64,000 nt of DNA, taken from NCBI RefSeq assembly GCF_001194135.2, contig NC_068986.1, forward strand, positions 38,856,273-38,920,272. Direction: 5' to 3'. Made by a program: the position numbers and the translations under genes. Within the stretch, counting starts at the first letter, position 1; each line of letters starts with the position of its first letter. The notes below the pieces were generated by a model. That model did not search any database, was not told the DNA's origin, and saw only the letters and a program-made list of their open reading frames with translations. Below, in pieces: positions 12,901 to 27,050 of the stretch. Source of the DNA: Octopus bimaculoides. Taxonomy: Eukaryota.

Positions 12901-15900
12901 CTCACATATATTATGTTGATGTACATATTTAAATTAGGGTTTAAATATTTACCCTGAATTTATTTTTTAAGTTTGTTCAAGTATAAAACACTTGAGTTTG
13001 TTTTCTGAACCTAACCATCACTTTTGATTTTGAATTTTATTAACTACTTTTCCTTTGAGCCTATTAACATTTGTCTTTGATATTTGATCCTAATTACTTT
13101 TTGTTGCTTGATATTTTGCACTCTATGACCTTGTGTCTTACATTGAATATTTACAGACACGGATTACTACTTTCCACCTGGTTGCATTCTCGAGAAAATA
13201 CTTTCAGTTCAGTATTTGGATGATTTGGATATAGAAGGAATTTACCCTCTTTATCAACAATTGCAAAAGCATTTTCAAAAGCATCCTGAAGATAGGTGAG
13301 GAAAAAAAAAATACTACATTTTTGGCTGTTCTATCCTGTTTTCTAGATACACTAAATTTTTAATAAAAGCAAAAAGAGTATATTTATATGGGCACAGGTT
13401 TGAATGAGTGGCTATGTGGTTTACTTCAAAATGATGTGATTTGGTGTTGAATCCCATTGTATGGCACTTTAGGGCATCATCTCTACACTTTGAGTTGGCC
13501 AATACCATCTGAGTGAAATTTGGTTGACAGATGCCCAATATATATCATCATCATCTTTTAACATCCATTTTCCATGCTGGCATAGATTGATGGGTTGGCC
13601 AGTTTGACAGGATCAGACAAGTCAAAGGACTGTATTATGTTCCAATGTATACTTTGGTATGATTTCTATGGTTGAATGCATCATACAATCTGCTTTTCAC
13701 TTTGAGAGAGAAACCTTTTGTTACCAACAGAGATAAAAGCTCTCTGAAATTTTCCCAGCCTGTTTTTATTCTAGCCTTTTTACTTCAGAACATCCTCCTA
13801 AACTACTAATGAGTCACCTATATGACAGAAGTTATTTACTACCTCTGGGAACCCTCCTGAGTATTTGAGAAAGCTATTTCCCATGCATGCTTAGTGCTTG
13901 TTGCTAATAAGCATCTGCCACATATAAAGTCTATTTTTTCCATTAACCAGCCTATGATACCACTGCACCTCTTGTGTGTCCATAGTTTGCACTTGGTACA
14001 CTGCATAGAATTTCTGCATATTGAGCTAGACAATTTTCTCTGTTTTCTTACTTGCTAAATTTGAGATCCTTCAAATCCAGGTTTTGCTTCGACACTTGGA
14101 ATTTCTTTTCCAATTCTACTACAGATCCAGCTGTTTAAATACAGGCAACTAGACTATGTAAACTAATGTAAAATCAGTGCATTAAGTTAGACCATTACAC
14201 AAAAAAGGAGAAAAATTATCCTTTTGAGAGGCATTGATATGATTGACTAAAACATTCAAAACCAGTGCCCCAACAAGGCCACATTCCAGTGTCTGGAACA
14301 ATTAACCTTTTAGTATTCAAACTGGCCATATCCAGGCTTAAATATTCTACCTGTTAAACAGGTAGATTATTTAGGCCTGGATATGTTCAAACCAGCCAGA
14401 TGCAGCCTCTCATACCTACTCTACAATGTCCTTCAAAAATAAGCAACCACATTATGAAATCTCAAAGCTGCAAGATGATGCCTGATTGATTCAAAACAAT
14501 GTGACAGAATAATCTGAATGCTAAAGGGTTAAAGAAGTTCTATATAAAAAAATATAGTAAAGGGATTTTTTATATACATATCATGTCATCATTGTTTTAG
14601 CATCCATTTTTCCATGCATAACATGGGTCAGTCAGAATTCATCTATAGCTAGATGCCATTCATGTTGTCAACTTTCACCCAATTCCAAGCAAGCTAATAT
14701 TCCCTCATGACCACACACTTTGTCAGAAGACTGGGAATGGACACTACTTGTGTGACAGTAAGGTTCGTTTAAAGGTGTTGTGTAATGTCAAGGCAAGAAG
14801 AAACAAACATACACACAAATAGACAACAGGCTTCTTTTAATATGCCTCTACGAAATGCACTCACAAGGCTTTGGTCAATCTGGACTGTAGTAGAAGACAT
14901 TTGCCAAAGCTGCTAAGCAGTGGGACTGAACCTGAAACCATATGATTAGGAAAGACTTCTTAACCACATGTAACACAGCTATGCCTGTGCCTAGTCATGG
15001 CTGTGTAGTTAAAAAGTTTGCTTTGTAACCATGTTGCTTGAGGACCATTACGACAGCATGAATATTGTCAGCTGGTGTTGTACAGGAGTCAGCCAATACC
15101 TTGTGAGTGAAATTAGTTGACAGAAATTGAAGAAGCCTGTAAATAAATGAATTTATGTGTGAAGGCACATGATCTAGTGGTTAAGGTGTTGCACACGTGG
15201 TCATAAGAACATGGTTTCGATTCCCAAACCAGGCAGTATACTGTGTTCTTGAACAAAACACTTCATTTCGCGTTGCTCCAGTTCACTCAGCTGTAAATGG
15301 ATAACCCTTGCAATGGACTGACGTCCTATTCAGTGGGTAATGTTGGCCCGTCTGCCTAGCCAGCGGGATGGCTTCATTTAAAAGCTACAAGAAGACAAGG
15401 AAGCGCATTGTGACTATCCCAGCGGTGTATACTATCAAATATTCTTATTGATACGTGTGTATGAGAGAGAGGGGGGGGAGAACGGATTCGTATTTCCCCA
15501 TCACTTGTGTTCACTCATCGTAAACAACAATACACAAGCTGTGGGTAGGTGTTCTTTTCTTGCAGTCAACTGGGCTTCTTGACATATTGCCGATCTTTGT
15601 CAACAAAAAGCTCATTCAAACGATGTTGTTTGTTTACAGTTCACTGCTTAACTATGTCCGAGCTGTTCATTTTTCGATAAACTTAGGAGTTATTTATTAC
15701 CTTGCTTGGAAACAGGTGGGGGTTGGTGACAGGAATGGCATGCAGCTATAGAAAATCTACTTCAATAAATTCCTTCCGACCCATGCAAGCATGGAAAAGT
15801 GAACATTAAAATGATGATGATTACATCAAATTTACTATGAACTATGGTAGCAAAGTTTTAAGTGGTGTAATTGTTCCTGTAATTGTGACTGTACTGTACA

Positions 15901-18900
15901 CTGGTGCTATCCAGAAACTCTTAGCGTTCCAGAGGTTTTGTTCACATCATATTTGTCACATTTCACACATTAACAGAAAATATACCAGTCAAGGAGAGAG
16001 CCCTACACGGTCGATTGATTTGCTAGAAATAGCAGCAAAATTTCTCCAATCAAACTTCACTATCTTAAACAAGCAAGGACACATTTGATAATATAGTCTT
16101 TAGATAGCCCTTCAAAAGACAAGATACTTCGTGACTAGAACTTTGTTCAATCAAGGTTGTTTGGGAGGATTAAACAACAAAAAACACACAAAAGTCCCCC
16201 CCCCCTCCGATATTATTTGTGTACCATTTTTGTTGTACTTTTTTCCTTTGAACAAAACATGGTTATTTACGAATCTTTTTTCTTTTTTAGACAAAAGTAT
16301 TGCCTGGACGGTCCTTACCGGGGGGACAACTGGTATGTGGTTTCTAATAACAACAACATCGAGGATGCAGGAAATTCAGACATACTTTATACAATGATTA
16401 AGGTGAGGTTTATTTATAATTTTATCATTTTCGACAAATGCTATGTATACGAGTGTCTCTAGACGTGCGTTTGTGTTCTATCCGACTTCGTCCCCATTTA
16501 GTGGACCTAAAGCAGAACAGCCTTTTTCTTTTTTTTTTCTCTCAAACTGTGTTCATAAATGTTTTTTCCTACACAAATGTGCCCCAACTCGTTGATAACT
16601 TCCAGAAAAATGGGTTTTAAAATTTTTATTTTCTTCGTGAAATTTTCTACAAATAGTTTTCAGATGGTTTACAATACGATTATATTGGAATTTAATGTAA
16701 AGGGCCTAAAGTGGACCCTATAACTGAGGGAGAATAAGAGTGTGCAGTGATTCTAGGCGGGTAACCGAAAGAAAGATGGAACATATTTACAATCGTGAAA
16801 GGGTGGTGGAGATGGAGAGAGTAACCAAATAGTAATCGCTAATTGGTGAGGAGGTAGTGACATAAGGGAAAAGGAAAGAGTTAATAGTGGTGAAATGTGT
16901 GTGTTGGTTGGTAGTACAACAGGACAAGTATAATAAATGAGATGGCAGGGAAGAGCAAAGAGATAGGAATCATGGAGAGAAGAGGATGTAAGGTGATAGG
17001 TAGAAGGTAGGGTTGGTGGGGAACATATATATAACAGCTTCTTAAAGGTATATTTTTCCATTGGTAGACAGGTCTTCTGTAGTATCACATATCATTATGG
17101 TCCTTTATCGTCTCTTCTGTGAGTTGCACTTCATTCCAGGGTCTTCCTTGGTTTCCCTCTGCCACAGGTTCCACTAATTTGGAGTGCTCAACACTTTTGT
17201 ATGCAGCAGCCATCTCGACATGCATCACATACCCATACCAGCACAGCCTCCGTTTTGCACACACCTGATTTTCAATGGAATACACTTGTTTTGAATTTTT
17301 TTTCCTTTCTCGTGGAAACCTAGTTTTTGAGGTGTAGGTTTGACACTGTTATGAATGGTTATCAAAATTCTGAGGCCTGGTACTTAAATATTAATTAAAC
17401 TCTTAGACTTCAATTATTTAGAGTCTTTACAAGTAAGACACAACTGTTAGTGAGCAGCTAACATGTATATTTATATATGCCTCATTCATACATGTAGTAC
17501 TGTAAATATTCATGTATTTAACTCATTATGAGTTGCCTAGTAATCCAAATTGAATTATTACTCTAGACAGCCTCCACCAAAAATTACTTTTCTTCTCAGC
17601 AGAACTTTTGGGGTTAATCATTGTCTGAGACTAATCTCAGTAGAATGGAGAAAACATGTAATAAATTCTGGGGAGCTAGTTGTTATTGATCTATCTGTCC
17701 ATTATGAAGTTTAATTAAATGTAGAAATTCTTACAGAATGTACACAAAATATTAATCATCAATTCTTCAGATTTGTTCATATCTGCTTGACTATCCTGTC
17801 TTCCTGTGGCTATGTTGTCAAATATGTTCTTTTAAAGACTAGGATGTAATTAGAGAGAAATTTTATTTTTAGCAGATCAAGAGACTGCATATAGGTTCCT
17901 TTATTGGTTAGTATGTCATCATAATCATCATTTAATGTCTGTTGTCCATGCTGGCGTGGGTTGGATGGTTTGACCAAGGCTGGCAAGCTGGAAGGCTGCA
18001 CCAGAGACCAGTCTGATTGGCATGGTTTCTACAGCTGAGGGTGCTTTTGTGTGACTGCCATGCAGTGGGACTGAACCTGAAGCCTTGAGGTTGGGAAACG
18101 AAATCTGCTAGGACTGCGATTTTACTTGGCTTCATGGGTCTTCTTCTCAAGCACAACATAATGCCATAGGTCTCAGTCATTGCCTCCATGAGGCCTAACA
18201 CTCAAAAGGTGCTCTTTACATGACACCAGCATCAGCTATGACTATGATTTCACTTGGTTTGACATATTTTCTCAAGCAAAGCTTATTGCCAAAGGACTCA
18301 GCCACTAGTCATTACCTCTGTGAGGCCCAAAATTCAAAGATCATGCTTCACCACCTCATGTCTTCCTAGGTCTACCTCTACCACAGGTTCCCTCCAATTA
18401 GAGATAGGCACTTCTTTACACAGCTGTTCTCATTGATATGCATCACATGGCCATACCAGTAGTCGTCTCTCTTGCACACCACATCTGATGCCTCTTATGC
18501 TCAACATTTTTCTCAAGATGCTTACACTCTGTGAACATACACAGACATGGCACATCCAGTGAAACAAACTGGCTGCATTTCTTTCAAGCCTACGCATGTC
18601 CTAAGCTGTCAGAGCCACTGTTTCACTGCTATGAAGGATAGCTGTTCGCACACAGGCATCATACAATCTGCCTTTCACTCTGAGAGAGAGGCCTTTTGTT
18701 GCCAGCAAAGGTAGGAGCTCTCTGAACTTTGCCCAGCCTAATCTTATTCCCATAGCTACACTCTGAGCATTCACCTCCACTACTAACTTGGTCACCTAGA
18801 TAACAGAAGTTATCTACTACCCCACTGACAGTTAATGGAATCTATTTTTTGTACATTTTTGGTGTTTATTGTACCTGTGCATCTTCCACACACAAAAGCT

Positions 18901-20267
18901 ATTTTCCCTGTTAACCTTCCTTTGATATTGCTGCACCTCTTGTGTGATGATAGCTTACACTGAGTGCATCACATTAATAAAAATATTTTTGCTTTCTTTT
19001 TGTAGGTGAAGCAATTTCTTGTGGCACAAACTGTAAAAGACTGCTCCATTATTCTTGCGATGCAGAGACAAGATAATCGGTAAAGTTTTTTTTTTTAAAT
19101 TTATTTAAATTCCTTTCATTAAAGATCTCAAATTTACACAGGTGAGAGAATCATTTGATTGTAATATCGTCTCAAGAGTCTTACAGTCATAGAGGAAATG
19201 AAATGGTTTCAATCAGGAATTCGATCTGGGTTGCTATCTCAGCTAACCAAGAACTGAATTCTTACTGAATATATTTGCCACCTTAAATTTACAAGTAAAG
19301 GCACAGGAATAAAAAAAATTTTTAAAAGTCGAGTGACATCTTATTATCTCTTTCAGATACTAAAATCTCCAAGGTTTTTCTCATCAATGAAAGTCACTAC
19401 TCTAAATATTAGATTTTCTTTCTCACATTGCACCAACATATTATTATAGGATTGGTTATCTATTTACATTGTTTGTATAGTAGTGTAATTTGTGAATGAA
19501 ACAGATAGCAAGCCTTAAATTAGGTTAATGTAAATTTGTGTCAAAAACTGGCCAGAATGTAGACAATAGAAAGGCTGGAATGCATAGATAGTTATTGGGG
19601 TGAACTGGAAAAAGGAAATTGAATATTTCATGCATTTAGCCTAGCACTATGCCATTCCTCCACAGCATTCTACTTCCAATTATATAATTGTAGTTTTTCA
19701 TGCTTGAGAAAGATAGTTCTGCAATTTCTTGCAAAACGTTCTGCAATAATGGTGTGCTTATAGTGATCAAATGTTTATACTGCACATAAGCTCACTCCCG
19801 CCATCAAATCAACATTGTCTGTGTGCCACACGTCAGTGGAGCAGTGCAGTGCAAAATAAAGTGTTTTGCTCAAGAACATAACACACTGACAGGTCTGGGA
19901 ATTGGACCCATAATTTCACTATCATGAGTGCAACGCCCAAACCACTAAATTATGTGCTGTCCTCCAATTCCAATATTATACAGGATTATTGTTACCAATT
20001 ATTTTAAATAATATTCTGATTTAAACCTGCTGTAGCCATTGTTTTTGCATTATTAAGAATTGAATATATTTTTTCCCTTTAATTTTATTTTTCAGTTCGG
20101 ATATGTCAGGTGTCTCTTATTTAACAGACTGCTTTGGACAACCCTATAAGCATTCCTTGGCTATTATTGACTTGGATCCTAAACCATATGAAAAAATTCC
20201 CGTTTATATGAAAGAAGATGAAACTATAGTTAATACTTACTTGAAATCACAATTTGCTGTTCCTTGA
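9884..20267 (+). CDS. IPPK: Inositol-pentakisphosphate 2-kinase, 3' part (6 coding exons; 5' exons not found in window)
   Basis: Exons 9884-9987, 11141-11286, 13157-13295, 16291-16402, 19006-19079 and 20096-20267 splice in frame (end phases 2,1,2,0,2, then stop). The product contains the IP5-2K motifs LDDLDIEGIYPLY, LDGPY, VAQTVKDCSII and IIDLDPKPYEKIP. Confidence 0.93.
10880..11105. mobile_element. TTAA-flanked MITE (piggyBac-type)
   Basis: TTAA-TCCTTTAGCATT ... AATGCTAAAGGG-TTAA terminal inverted repeats; related copies at 14302-14532 and 50447-50668. Confidence 0.75.
11141..11286 (+). CDS. IPPK: IPPK exon (CLDVFINLVVDALHYPMD...STPDE)
   Basis: Acceptor cttctttcag with a tactaat branch-like motif upstream, donor G|gtaagt, open frame, and phases match both neighbours. 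Confidence 0.85.
13157..13295 (+). CDS. IPPK: IPPK exon (TDYYFPPGCILEKILSVQYLDDLDIEGIYPLYQQLQKHFQKHPED)
   Basis: Contains the LDxLDIEG motif; acceptor ttacag, donor AG|gtgagg. Confidence 0.93.
13545..14140 (-). mobile_element. Degenerate RTE LINE fragment
   Basis: (CAT)n tail plus ORF 13839-14033 (CTKCKLWTHKRC), matching the RTE copy at 38 kb. Confidence 0.7.
14302..14532. mobile_element. TTAA-flanked MITE (same family as 10880-11105)
   Basis: TTAA-CCTTTTAGTATTCA ... TGAATGCTAAAGGG-TTAA, with a shared internal sequence. Confidence 0.75.
15165..15420 (+). mobile_element. tRNA-derived SINE (third family)
   Basis: Head CTAGTGGTTAAGGTGTTG...GGTTTCGATTCC and core GTGTTCTTGAACAAAACACTT. Copies lie at 12352-12615, 19690-19950 (-), 51765-52080, 55905-56232 (-) and 59408-59580. 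Confidence 0.7.
16291..16402 (+). CDS. IPPK: IPPK exon (QKYCLDGPYRGDNWYVV...LYTMIK)
   Basis: Contains DGPY; acceptor tcttttttag, donor AAG|gtgagg. Confidence 0.9.
17920..18980 (-). mobile_element. Degenerate RTE LINE 3' fragment
   Basis: ORF 18601-18795 ([31 protein letters not shown]) plus the 3' tail. Confidence 0.85.
19006..19079 (+). CDS. IPPK: IPPK exon (VKQFLVAQTVKDCSIILAMQRQDN)
   Basis: Contains the KDCSI motif; acceptor ctttttgtag, donor CG|gtaaag. Confidence 0.93.
20096..20267 (+). CDS. IPPK: IPPK terminal coding exon (...HSLAIIDLDPKPYEKIPVYMKEDETIVNTYLKSQFAVP*)
   Basis: Contains the DLDxKP motif; acceptor ttatttttcag; TGA stop at 20265-20267. Confidence 0.93.
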
Positions 20268-23200
20268 AAGAAAGAAAGATGTATGTTTGGTTCAGAACAG
20301 CTTGAGAAACCAATTTACATAAAGAGAAGTAAAAAGATAATTTACTTTCTGATGCGTTCAATAAGGAAAGGAAAAAAAAAATTAAATTTTTGTTGCAGAA
20401 AGTATTGCCCCAGAATTCAGTGTGTCTAATTCCAGGCACTTTACACGAAAGGAACAGTATTGCTGAAATACTGATATAGCATCGTAATAAAGAATGAAAA
20501 TATTTTGGTGAGAAATAGAATGGGGAGATGCTATTCATTTGCTATTATAAGTTTCTCCTCTTAACATCATTGTTATTCCCTTTGGATCCCAAGTGAATAA
20601 TAATAATTTGTAAGTGCTTGAATACAAATTATTAATTCTAATATAATCTTGCTGTTAGAAAGCACTGCATTATGGAAATAATTGAAATGAAACCAAATTT
20701 GCAATCCCAACACCAATGTTATAATTTTTGAGTTTTACTCACAGTAAACTTATGTGATAGCATATTACCTAAGGAAAACAATTGGGCAGACATGAATAAT
20801 GTTGTTCATGCTTCAGTTTTTAGATTGAAAATATTATTTTGATTAAAGTATGGACTTTATATATAATTGTCTATATTTTAATACGTTCAAGAAAGTTTTT
20901 TTTTATTTAATTACAGACTTTATCTTTCGCCTATATGATAATCATACAAATGTTTGACATCTGCATAAAAACTTTGTTGCGAACATACATCATAAAATTA
21001 ATTTTTTAATAAAATATAATGGATGGGGGGGAGGGGTAATCATTTATTTTATTGAACAAAAAAAAAAAAAAAGGGGCAGGGACCCTACAAAAATGAGAAT
21101 TAAGATTGCTATTCATCGCACCAACATTCGTAAGGACTTCCTCCTCCTCCCCATGATTGATATGGGTTAATTATGCTTTCAGAATTGCCTTTTACCATTT
21201 GTCCTTCAAAAATATTTATGAAAATAAGAGTAATGCTGAAGTCTGGACTTCATTTTCCAATTTAACATTTCCAATCACAGTATTATATACTTCTGATGAT
21301 TTTCGCAATCTGTAAGTAGCAAGAAAGCATTCTGTGTCTATACTTAATCATATGAATGTTGATATTCATAATTTTTGTTTTAACTCAACTTATTTGGCTG
21401 TGGTCTTTTGAGAGAAACAGAATTATTCCAAATAAAATCTATTTCTCTGATGTCGAATTAATGTATTAAACACCATCTCATTTGAAAATATTTTTTCAAT
21501 TTTAATGAACCATCCTTGTGGTACACTTTCAGAATGACATTATTCAGATCAATCTTACATAGCATATCAAATTTCCTTCCAAATTAATAACTATGCTTTC
21601 AAAACTGTATGCTGCTGGCTTTTTGTTCAGAACAGATAAAAAAAAGTAGTTTAAGTAACAAAATCTGTCCAAGAAATCACATACATTTAAAATATAGTTC
21701 TTTTAAGTTCTGAATTAAGGTAAAGAAGACAATTAGAGGTTTTTGATGCCTTAGAGTTTTAATTTTTCATTAATGTTATATAAAATTAATTATGAAAGCA
21801 GAACACCTTAAAAGTATCTTATTCAGGGATCCCTTCTTGAAGTCACCATTAGTGAGCTTAGTTACAATGACACTTGAATAATCTTGTACCTAAAAAATAT
21901 ATACACAATTTTATTTTTTTCATATATACCTCCATTTTGACAAGTGGGAATTGCTATGTAGTATGGTATTGCAGAGCAATATCCATTTGTCTAAATGGCA
22001 GTAAACATATGCTGTTCATATACCTTCCATTCTAATTAAACAGGAGGGGAGAAATGGCAGTAAATTTAGATTGACTATAATTTACAAAACCAAATGAGAA
22101 ATTTTACAGTTTTTTTAAATATCATAATTTCAACTGTACACAACACTGGCCAATTATGACAATTATTGAGTAAAATACTGGTGCACACATAATTATAAAA
22201 GATCAAGCAGGTACTGTAACTGACAAATAAAAACTGAATTCAGAAGCTACTGCTGTCCAATAAAACCTAAATGATTTATTGAATAAATTATTACAGACAT
22301 TTTCCACTGGTTTAATATTTTGTTTTTTGATGTTTTTGTTATATTTAAATTTGTAGATATACATAAACTGTGATAGAAATTTATTAGCACTTTGGAACAC
22401 AATTCAAAATTATGTAATTATTTTAGTTTAAGATATTAAACATAATTCCATAAACATTAAAATAATTAATTTAATGCTTGCATAATTAATATATCAGATT
22501 GTCTTTATATTATTTTACTCCAATTACATCTCTCAACAGAGACTATATTACTTAGTGAAACTTTTTGCAAAGCAATTTCACAAACATTTATAGCTTAAGA
22601 ATTTTTTTTTTTAATAGTCATTTCAATTACCAGGGAATAAAGCAATGGAATGTTTTCCAATCATCAGGTGGTTATCCTCAATGACTGATGTAGCAGCACC
22701 GTCCACCGATACAAAGACAAGAGCTCTAAAGGCAGAGGCATCAAATTCATGAACCCAGTTATGGAAGTAGCACAATTAATTAGGAAGAGAATTAACTGTG
22801 TTTTAGAGATTGAACCAAGACAGAAGATTATCCATGCCCTCTTTTTAGCTTAAAACTTCTTGTGCAGGTCTCACTAAGAGTAAGCCACAAAATGCTTGTC
22901 AAAGACTTTCTACAGGTCACCAGAATACTGCAATCTGGTAGAAAAGAAAAGTGAGTATATGAATGGCTTGAGTCATTTACATGGGTGCTTTTAACAATGA
23001 GTTCAGCTAAGAATTTGGCAGACAGCTAGTTCAGTCACCTGTTATTGAACTATATAAAATTTCAATATTAGGTTGCTGTGAGAATGTGCCAAAGACCCAT
23101 ATCTCATAGCTTTATTCAAGTTTGAAACATGGGAGCCAGGTCTTGAATTAGCACAAAAGAATACAGAAATCTGCCATAAGAAATGGCTGTTTTCAATATG

Positions 23201-24077
23201 CAAATAAGGAATACAAAGTAATTTTATACTGCATCCCATTAAGTGTATAAAAGGTGCATGGGTTCACATAGGATGAAATGAAATTTCATATCAAAATAGC
23301 TGACAGCTTTTGTTACCTAGGTAACCTAATTAGCAGTAGAGGTGGGTGCTGCTTAAGTATAGTGGGGAAAAAAGCTCCGAGTGAATGGTAGATTCTATGT
23401 TGTTTATAAAGTGTGAAATAAAGACACCTAGCGCAAAAGCTGGATAGAACTATGTTGGTATAGTTTGAATGTGTGATAATAGAGTGCATGAACAACAAAG
23501 CAAAAGAGTGGGTAGAGATATCTAAAAAGAATCAGATGTGCAAAACAGAAAACTTAATATGGATATGTGGTGTATATGAAGAATAAAAGTCAGGTGAAAG
23601 AAGTGCACCAAACAATCCAAGTGGAAAAGAACCTGCAGAAAAAAGTGAGACACTATACAAAAGTAGATCTGTCCAACCCATAAAAGCATGGGAGAAAAAG
23701 ATGAGATGACCATGGCCTGGAACACCACCACTCTTTGCTAAACAACAGCTTGTATTCACAAGACAAACAGTTTGTTGTTAAAAAGAAAGATTATCTTAAT
23801 AGATAATACTGAGAACTTATAATACATACATTTGTTATCAAGCATGGGTAATTTCCATATGTGCTACACTGATACTCCACTTTCTGTACACTATAAACAG
23901 TGTCATCATTCAAACTTGTGGCATTTAATTTATGAAACAATATTTCAAGTTTATCTCGTGTTAACAACACTTCTAACAATTAATTTAAAGTAAGGTTTGC
24001 ATATTTAAGGAAATAAAATTGTAAGTTACACCTGATTAGCTAATATCATACAATGAAAATTTTTGGAAAATATATAA

Positions 24078-24974
24078 TACTAGCAGAGGCACCCGGCGTT
24101 GCTTGGGAATGAAATTGTTGCTTATGTACTTGAAGAAAAAAAGGCAAAATATGCTGTATAGAAATTTGAGGACATTCTGTAGATGGACTCTCAGATGAAT
24201 GATGGCTGGGCGCCTCTCATGAATGGGGAAAATTGAAGATGTGCCAAAAAGCCTCATTGGTACTTGGAAACTTTTACGAAAATTAAAATGGGGATTAAAT
24301 GAAAAAAATGATTTACGTGAATATCCTCACAAGAGTAATTGAAATAAATGTCGATTGTGGAACCCGCGCGCGCACGCATACACACGTGTGTCTTTGTAAA
24401 TATGTTTGTATACATTTATGTATGTGTGTTTGTAAGAGACAGAGTGTGAGTGAGAGAGAGAGNNNNNNNNNNNNNNNNNNNNNNNNNNNNNNNNNNNNNN
24501 NNNNNNNNNNNNNNNNNNNNNNNNNNNNNNNNNNNNNNNNNNNNNNNNNNNNNNNNNNNNNNNNNNNNNNNNNNNNNNNNNNNNNNNNNNNNNNNNNNNN
24601 NNNNNNNNNNNNNNNNNNNNNNNNNNNNNNNNNNNNNNNNNNNNNNNNNNNNNNNNNNNNNGTGAGACAGAGTGAGAGAGCGGTGTGTATGTAGTATTTA
24701 CTCTCTCTCATACACACTCACACACAAAATAGAGAGTGAAGCTTTTTGCGGTTGTTACGTCAATACCGGAAGTTGACATTGAGGAACCTTTTTAAAGAAG
24801 TGAATCTTAAATATATAGCAATATTATTTATTTTTAATTAAAAAAATCAAATGAAGAGCCTAAGATTTATCCGAGGTCAAATTATTCATGCATTACAAGT
24901 ATGGAAGCATTTGGTGAAGTCGATTTCACGTGAAAAGCGATTACACACACATCTGTTTTATATATAGTATAGAT
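24078..24974 (+). mobile_element. Non-autonomous Helitron/Helentron-like element with internal (GA)n and a gap
   Basis: 5' end TACTAGCAGAGGCACCCGGCGTTGCTTGGG and 3' end TTTTATATATAGTATAGAT resemble DINE/Lep1-type termini. Confidence 0.5.
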
Positions 24975-26895
24975 AATCCAAATCACACTGCATTCAAAAG
25001 AAAGTAAATAAGTAAACCACAAACATAAAATACACTGTTAAAGTTTCATTTAATAGCTTCAATAGTGATGGAAATAATATATATTATTATATTCACTAAT
25101 AATCCAATTTGGAATATTTACAGATTTACTTTTAAAAATTGCTTTAAATACTAATATGAAACTTCAAATGTATTCAAGTCAAATATTTTTGTAGTCCTTT
25201 AGATAAGCCACATTTTGAATATCTTTCTTTTCATGATCATGTTTTCTAACCAGCATAATTTTTTTTATATTAGATTTTTTTTCAAAAGCTGTGAATTTGT
25301 GTATATATATAAACCTTGAGAAAAGCAGACACCATTCTGAATTGGTTTCACAAAGTAGAAGTTAAATACAAATCATTCAAAACACAAATGATAACTAGGA
25401 CTATAAATGTGTATGTGTGTATGTGCACGCGCATAGTGAAAAGAAGAGGAGTAGCTCAGTGTTTTTATTTTTCAAAATAAGTATAAATGTAAAGGACTTT
25501 TTTTATTTTATATTTTATTTACTATGTAGCAAGTGATCTACATTGTGGAAAAGTGATGTATTAAAAAAATTTTTGAGATGCCACAATCATTTATTTATAC
25601 AATGTGCTTAAGTTATCATATAAAGCATAACAAGATACTGTTTTGGTGTTACAAAGGCCATAACAGCTCTGGTTTGGTCAGTAAGGTGAAGATGGGCAAA
25701 GGAGGAAAATGAAGTTGAAATAGGATGACCATTTCTCTAATTTCCAGAAAAATGATATTTCAACTAAACTTTCATCAGAGTTAAGGCAGAACATAACCCA
25801 TTCTGTTTCACTGACTATTTTCTGGAAAAGTTTGTCAGTTGAGACATATAATTTTGCTGACACAATTCTCTCACTTTTATCCATGAAAACACTTTCTGGT
25901 TACATTGAATCAATGATTTCAGAACAAATAGTATAGTAACTTGCTTCTTCATTTCAATATTTTTTTTATTTATTTATTTATTTTTTCTTTTCAAACTGAT
26001 CATAAAAATACTCCTTTTTTCTTCTTTTTTTGAAATTGGTGAAATTTTAAGATTTTTTTATATAATATCTTCTTTTATTTAAAGATAAAACTATAAGTTT
26101 TTTTTTTAATGTAATGGTCATTATTTGAACTGTAGGTTCAACTTTAATTTATCACATGATTTAAATAAATGAAATTATTCACTGATAAAAAAAAAGGGGG
26201 GGGGGAATCTGTTCAGAGAAATGCTGAACTTAAAACCACCAAGATTTGTTTGATTTTTACAGAAGTTATCCATAATATGAAGTACAAACCAAAACTGACA
26301 ATTGATTCTAATAGTGTAACACCAAAAACAGAGAGAAGCAGTATCAATAACTATGACACCTAAAAAGGTAAAGTTATATCTTCCAAAGTATAAACTCCAT
26401 GAATTAGTTTGTTAACTGTGCTGAAATCGATAAATGGGTCTACCTTACCTTTTAAGTCCCTCACATTTTTTTTTTTTTTTTTTTTNNNNNNNNNNTTTTT
26501 TTTTTTTTTTCTTTTGGGATTAAAAACATAATATTCATCCACTTGTAGATGCCATTAGAGTAGAATCAAATTGTAACAGTCTTGAACATGAATTAGAGGG
26601 GTGAGCTAAAGCAGCATAGGGTATACTTGTAGAAGAAAGACAAGTACTTGAAAACATTCACACAGAGAAAATCTATATATATTTAGGAAAGAAAGAGAAA
26701 CAGGCATAGATAAATAGCTCATTATAAATGAACATGTTATGGAATTTCAACAATCTTATATCATAGAAAAGACTGCAGATTTTTTTAAATTATCTAAACT
26801 GATGTTAAGTTCCATCATTTAAAAAGTACTGGATGTATCTAGATTTTGCACACATAGGTTCTGCCTTTGTGCCTATGCAAGTAAGCAATCCTATG

Positions 26896-27050
26896 TTAAC
26901 TTGAATGATGTGTTGATTGGTCCATGTTAAAACTGGCATTATCACAAACTGACGTTGAAGCAGCATTTTTCTTTAAACTATCAAAGTATTCCTGTTGGGA
27001 CTGAGCAATCACTTGTGCAAGGATGTCATCTTCTTCCCATTCTGTTAGAC
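26896..27050 (-). CDS. OTUD5: OTUD5 terminal exon with UIM ([27 protein letters not shown]...HSS*)
   Basis: C-terminal UIM motif; TAA stop at 26898-26896. Confidence 0.93.
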
